Origin: a virus
Strand: one strand, 5' to 3'
Virus record (IMG/VR): IMGVR_UViG_3300020404_000006
Length of the DNA stretch: 64,000 bases
Shown: positions 63,854 through 64,000 of the stretch, piece by piece
How positions within the stretch are numbered: the first letter of the stretch is position 1
Layout of the letters: each line of letters starts with the position of its first letter
Program-made: the position numbers and the translations under genes
Notes under the pieces: generated by a model
Databases searched by the model: none
What the model was told of the DNA's origin: nothing
What the model saw: only the letters and a program-made list of their open reading frames with translations

Positions 63854-64000
63854 TTAGAGGTCTCCCTCCTGTCTATTCTCAGAATAGAATACATCAAAAC
63901 TACCGCCTGGGTATCTCTTTTCCAGTTTCTTAACATTGGTTGCAATTACATCATCAAATGAAATGTCCAAAGCCATACAAGCGTTTGCAACATACCACAT
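63854..64000 (-). CDS. mazG: MazG pyrophosphohydrolase, 3' part (runs off window)
   Basis: MWYVANACMALDISFDDVIATNVKKLEKRYPGGSFDVFYSENRQEGDL. Confidence 0.85.
   Translation of the reverse strand: MWYVANACMALDISFDDVIATNVKKLEKRYPGGSFDVFYSENRQEGDL

Overview
A 64-kb segment of a large T4-like marine cyanomyovirus genome (Kyanoviridae-like, similar in gene content to P-SSM2/S-SSM7/S-SM2-type phages). It is mostly minus-strand, with one plus-strand fibre/structural block at about 34.9-43.7 kb. Recognisable content: psbA, five tandem hli, ptoX, speD, a carbamoyltransferase, glutaredoxin, peroxiredoxin, several 2OG-Fe(II) oxygenases, a Mom-like GNAT, three tRNAs (Leu-UAA, Arg-UCU, Ile-UAU), a 12-kb glycan biosynthesis island (GT25, GT11 x3, GT7-like, GT10-like, ugd, nadE, GDP-mannose 3,5-epimerase, methyltransferases), a eukaryote-type phosphomannomutase, tail fibres, an S8 peptidase, nrdA/nrdB, gp61 primase, a flavin halogenase-like protein, a cytidylyltransferase-family enzyme and the 3' end of mazG. 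Structured RNAs: a tandem glutamine (glnA-type) riboswitch, PhotoRC-II before psbA, and a probable manA RNA. Top findings: (1) a 54-codon ORF embedded in the P2 loop of the second glutamine aptamer, with its last codons and stop formed by the riboswitch core; (2) giant Lys-rich proteins built of modules separated by gp21-type [LIVMF]xE sites, several with T4-like capsid-targeting N-termini, one of which is on a NadD-like enzyme; (3) a 134-codon dual-coding overlap with a possible -1 frameshift in a trio of secreted proteins; (4) a possible GDP-L-galactose glycosylation pathway. All family calls come from motif recognition by eye; no database searches were run.
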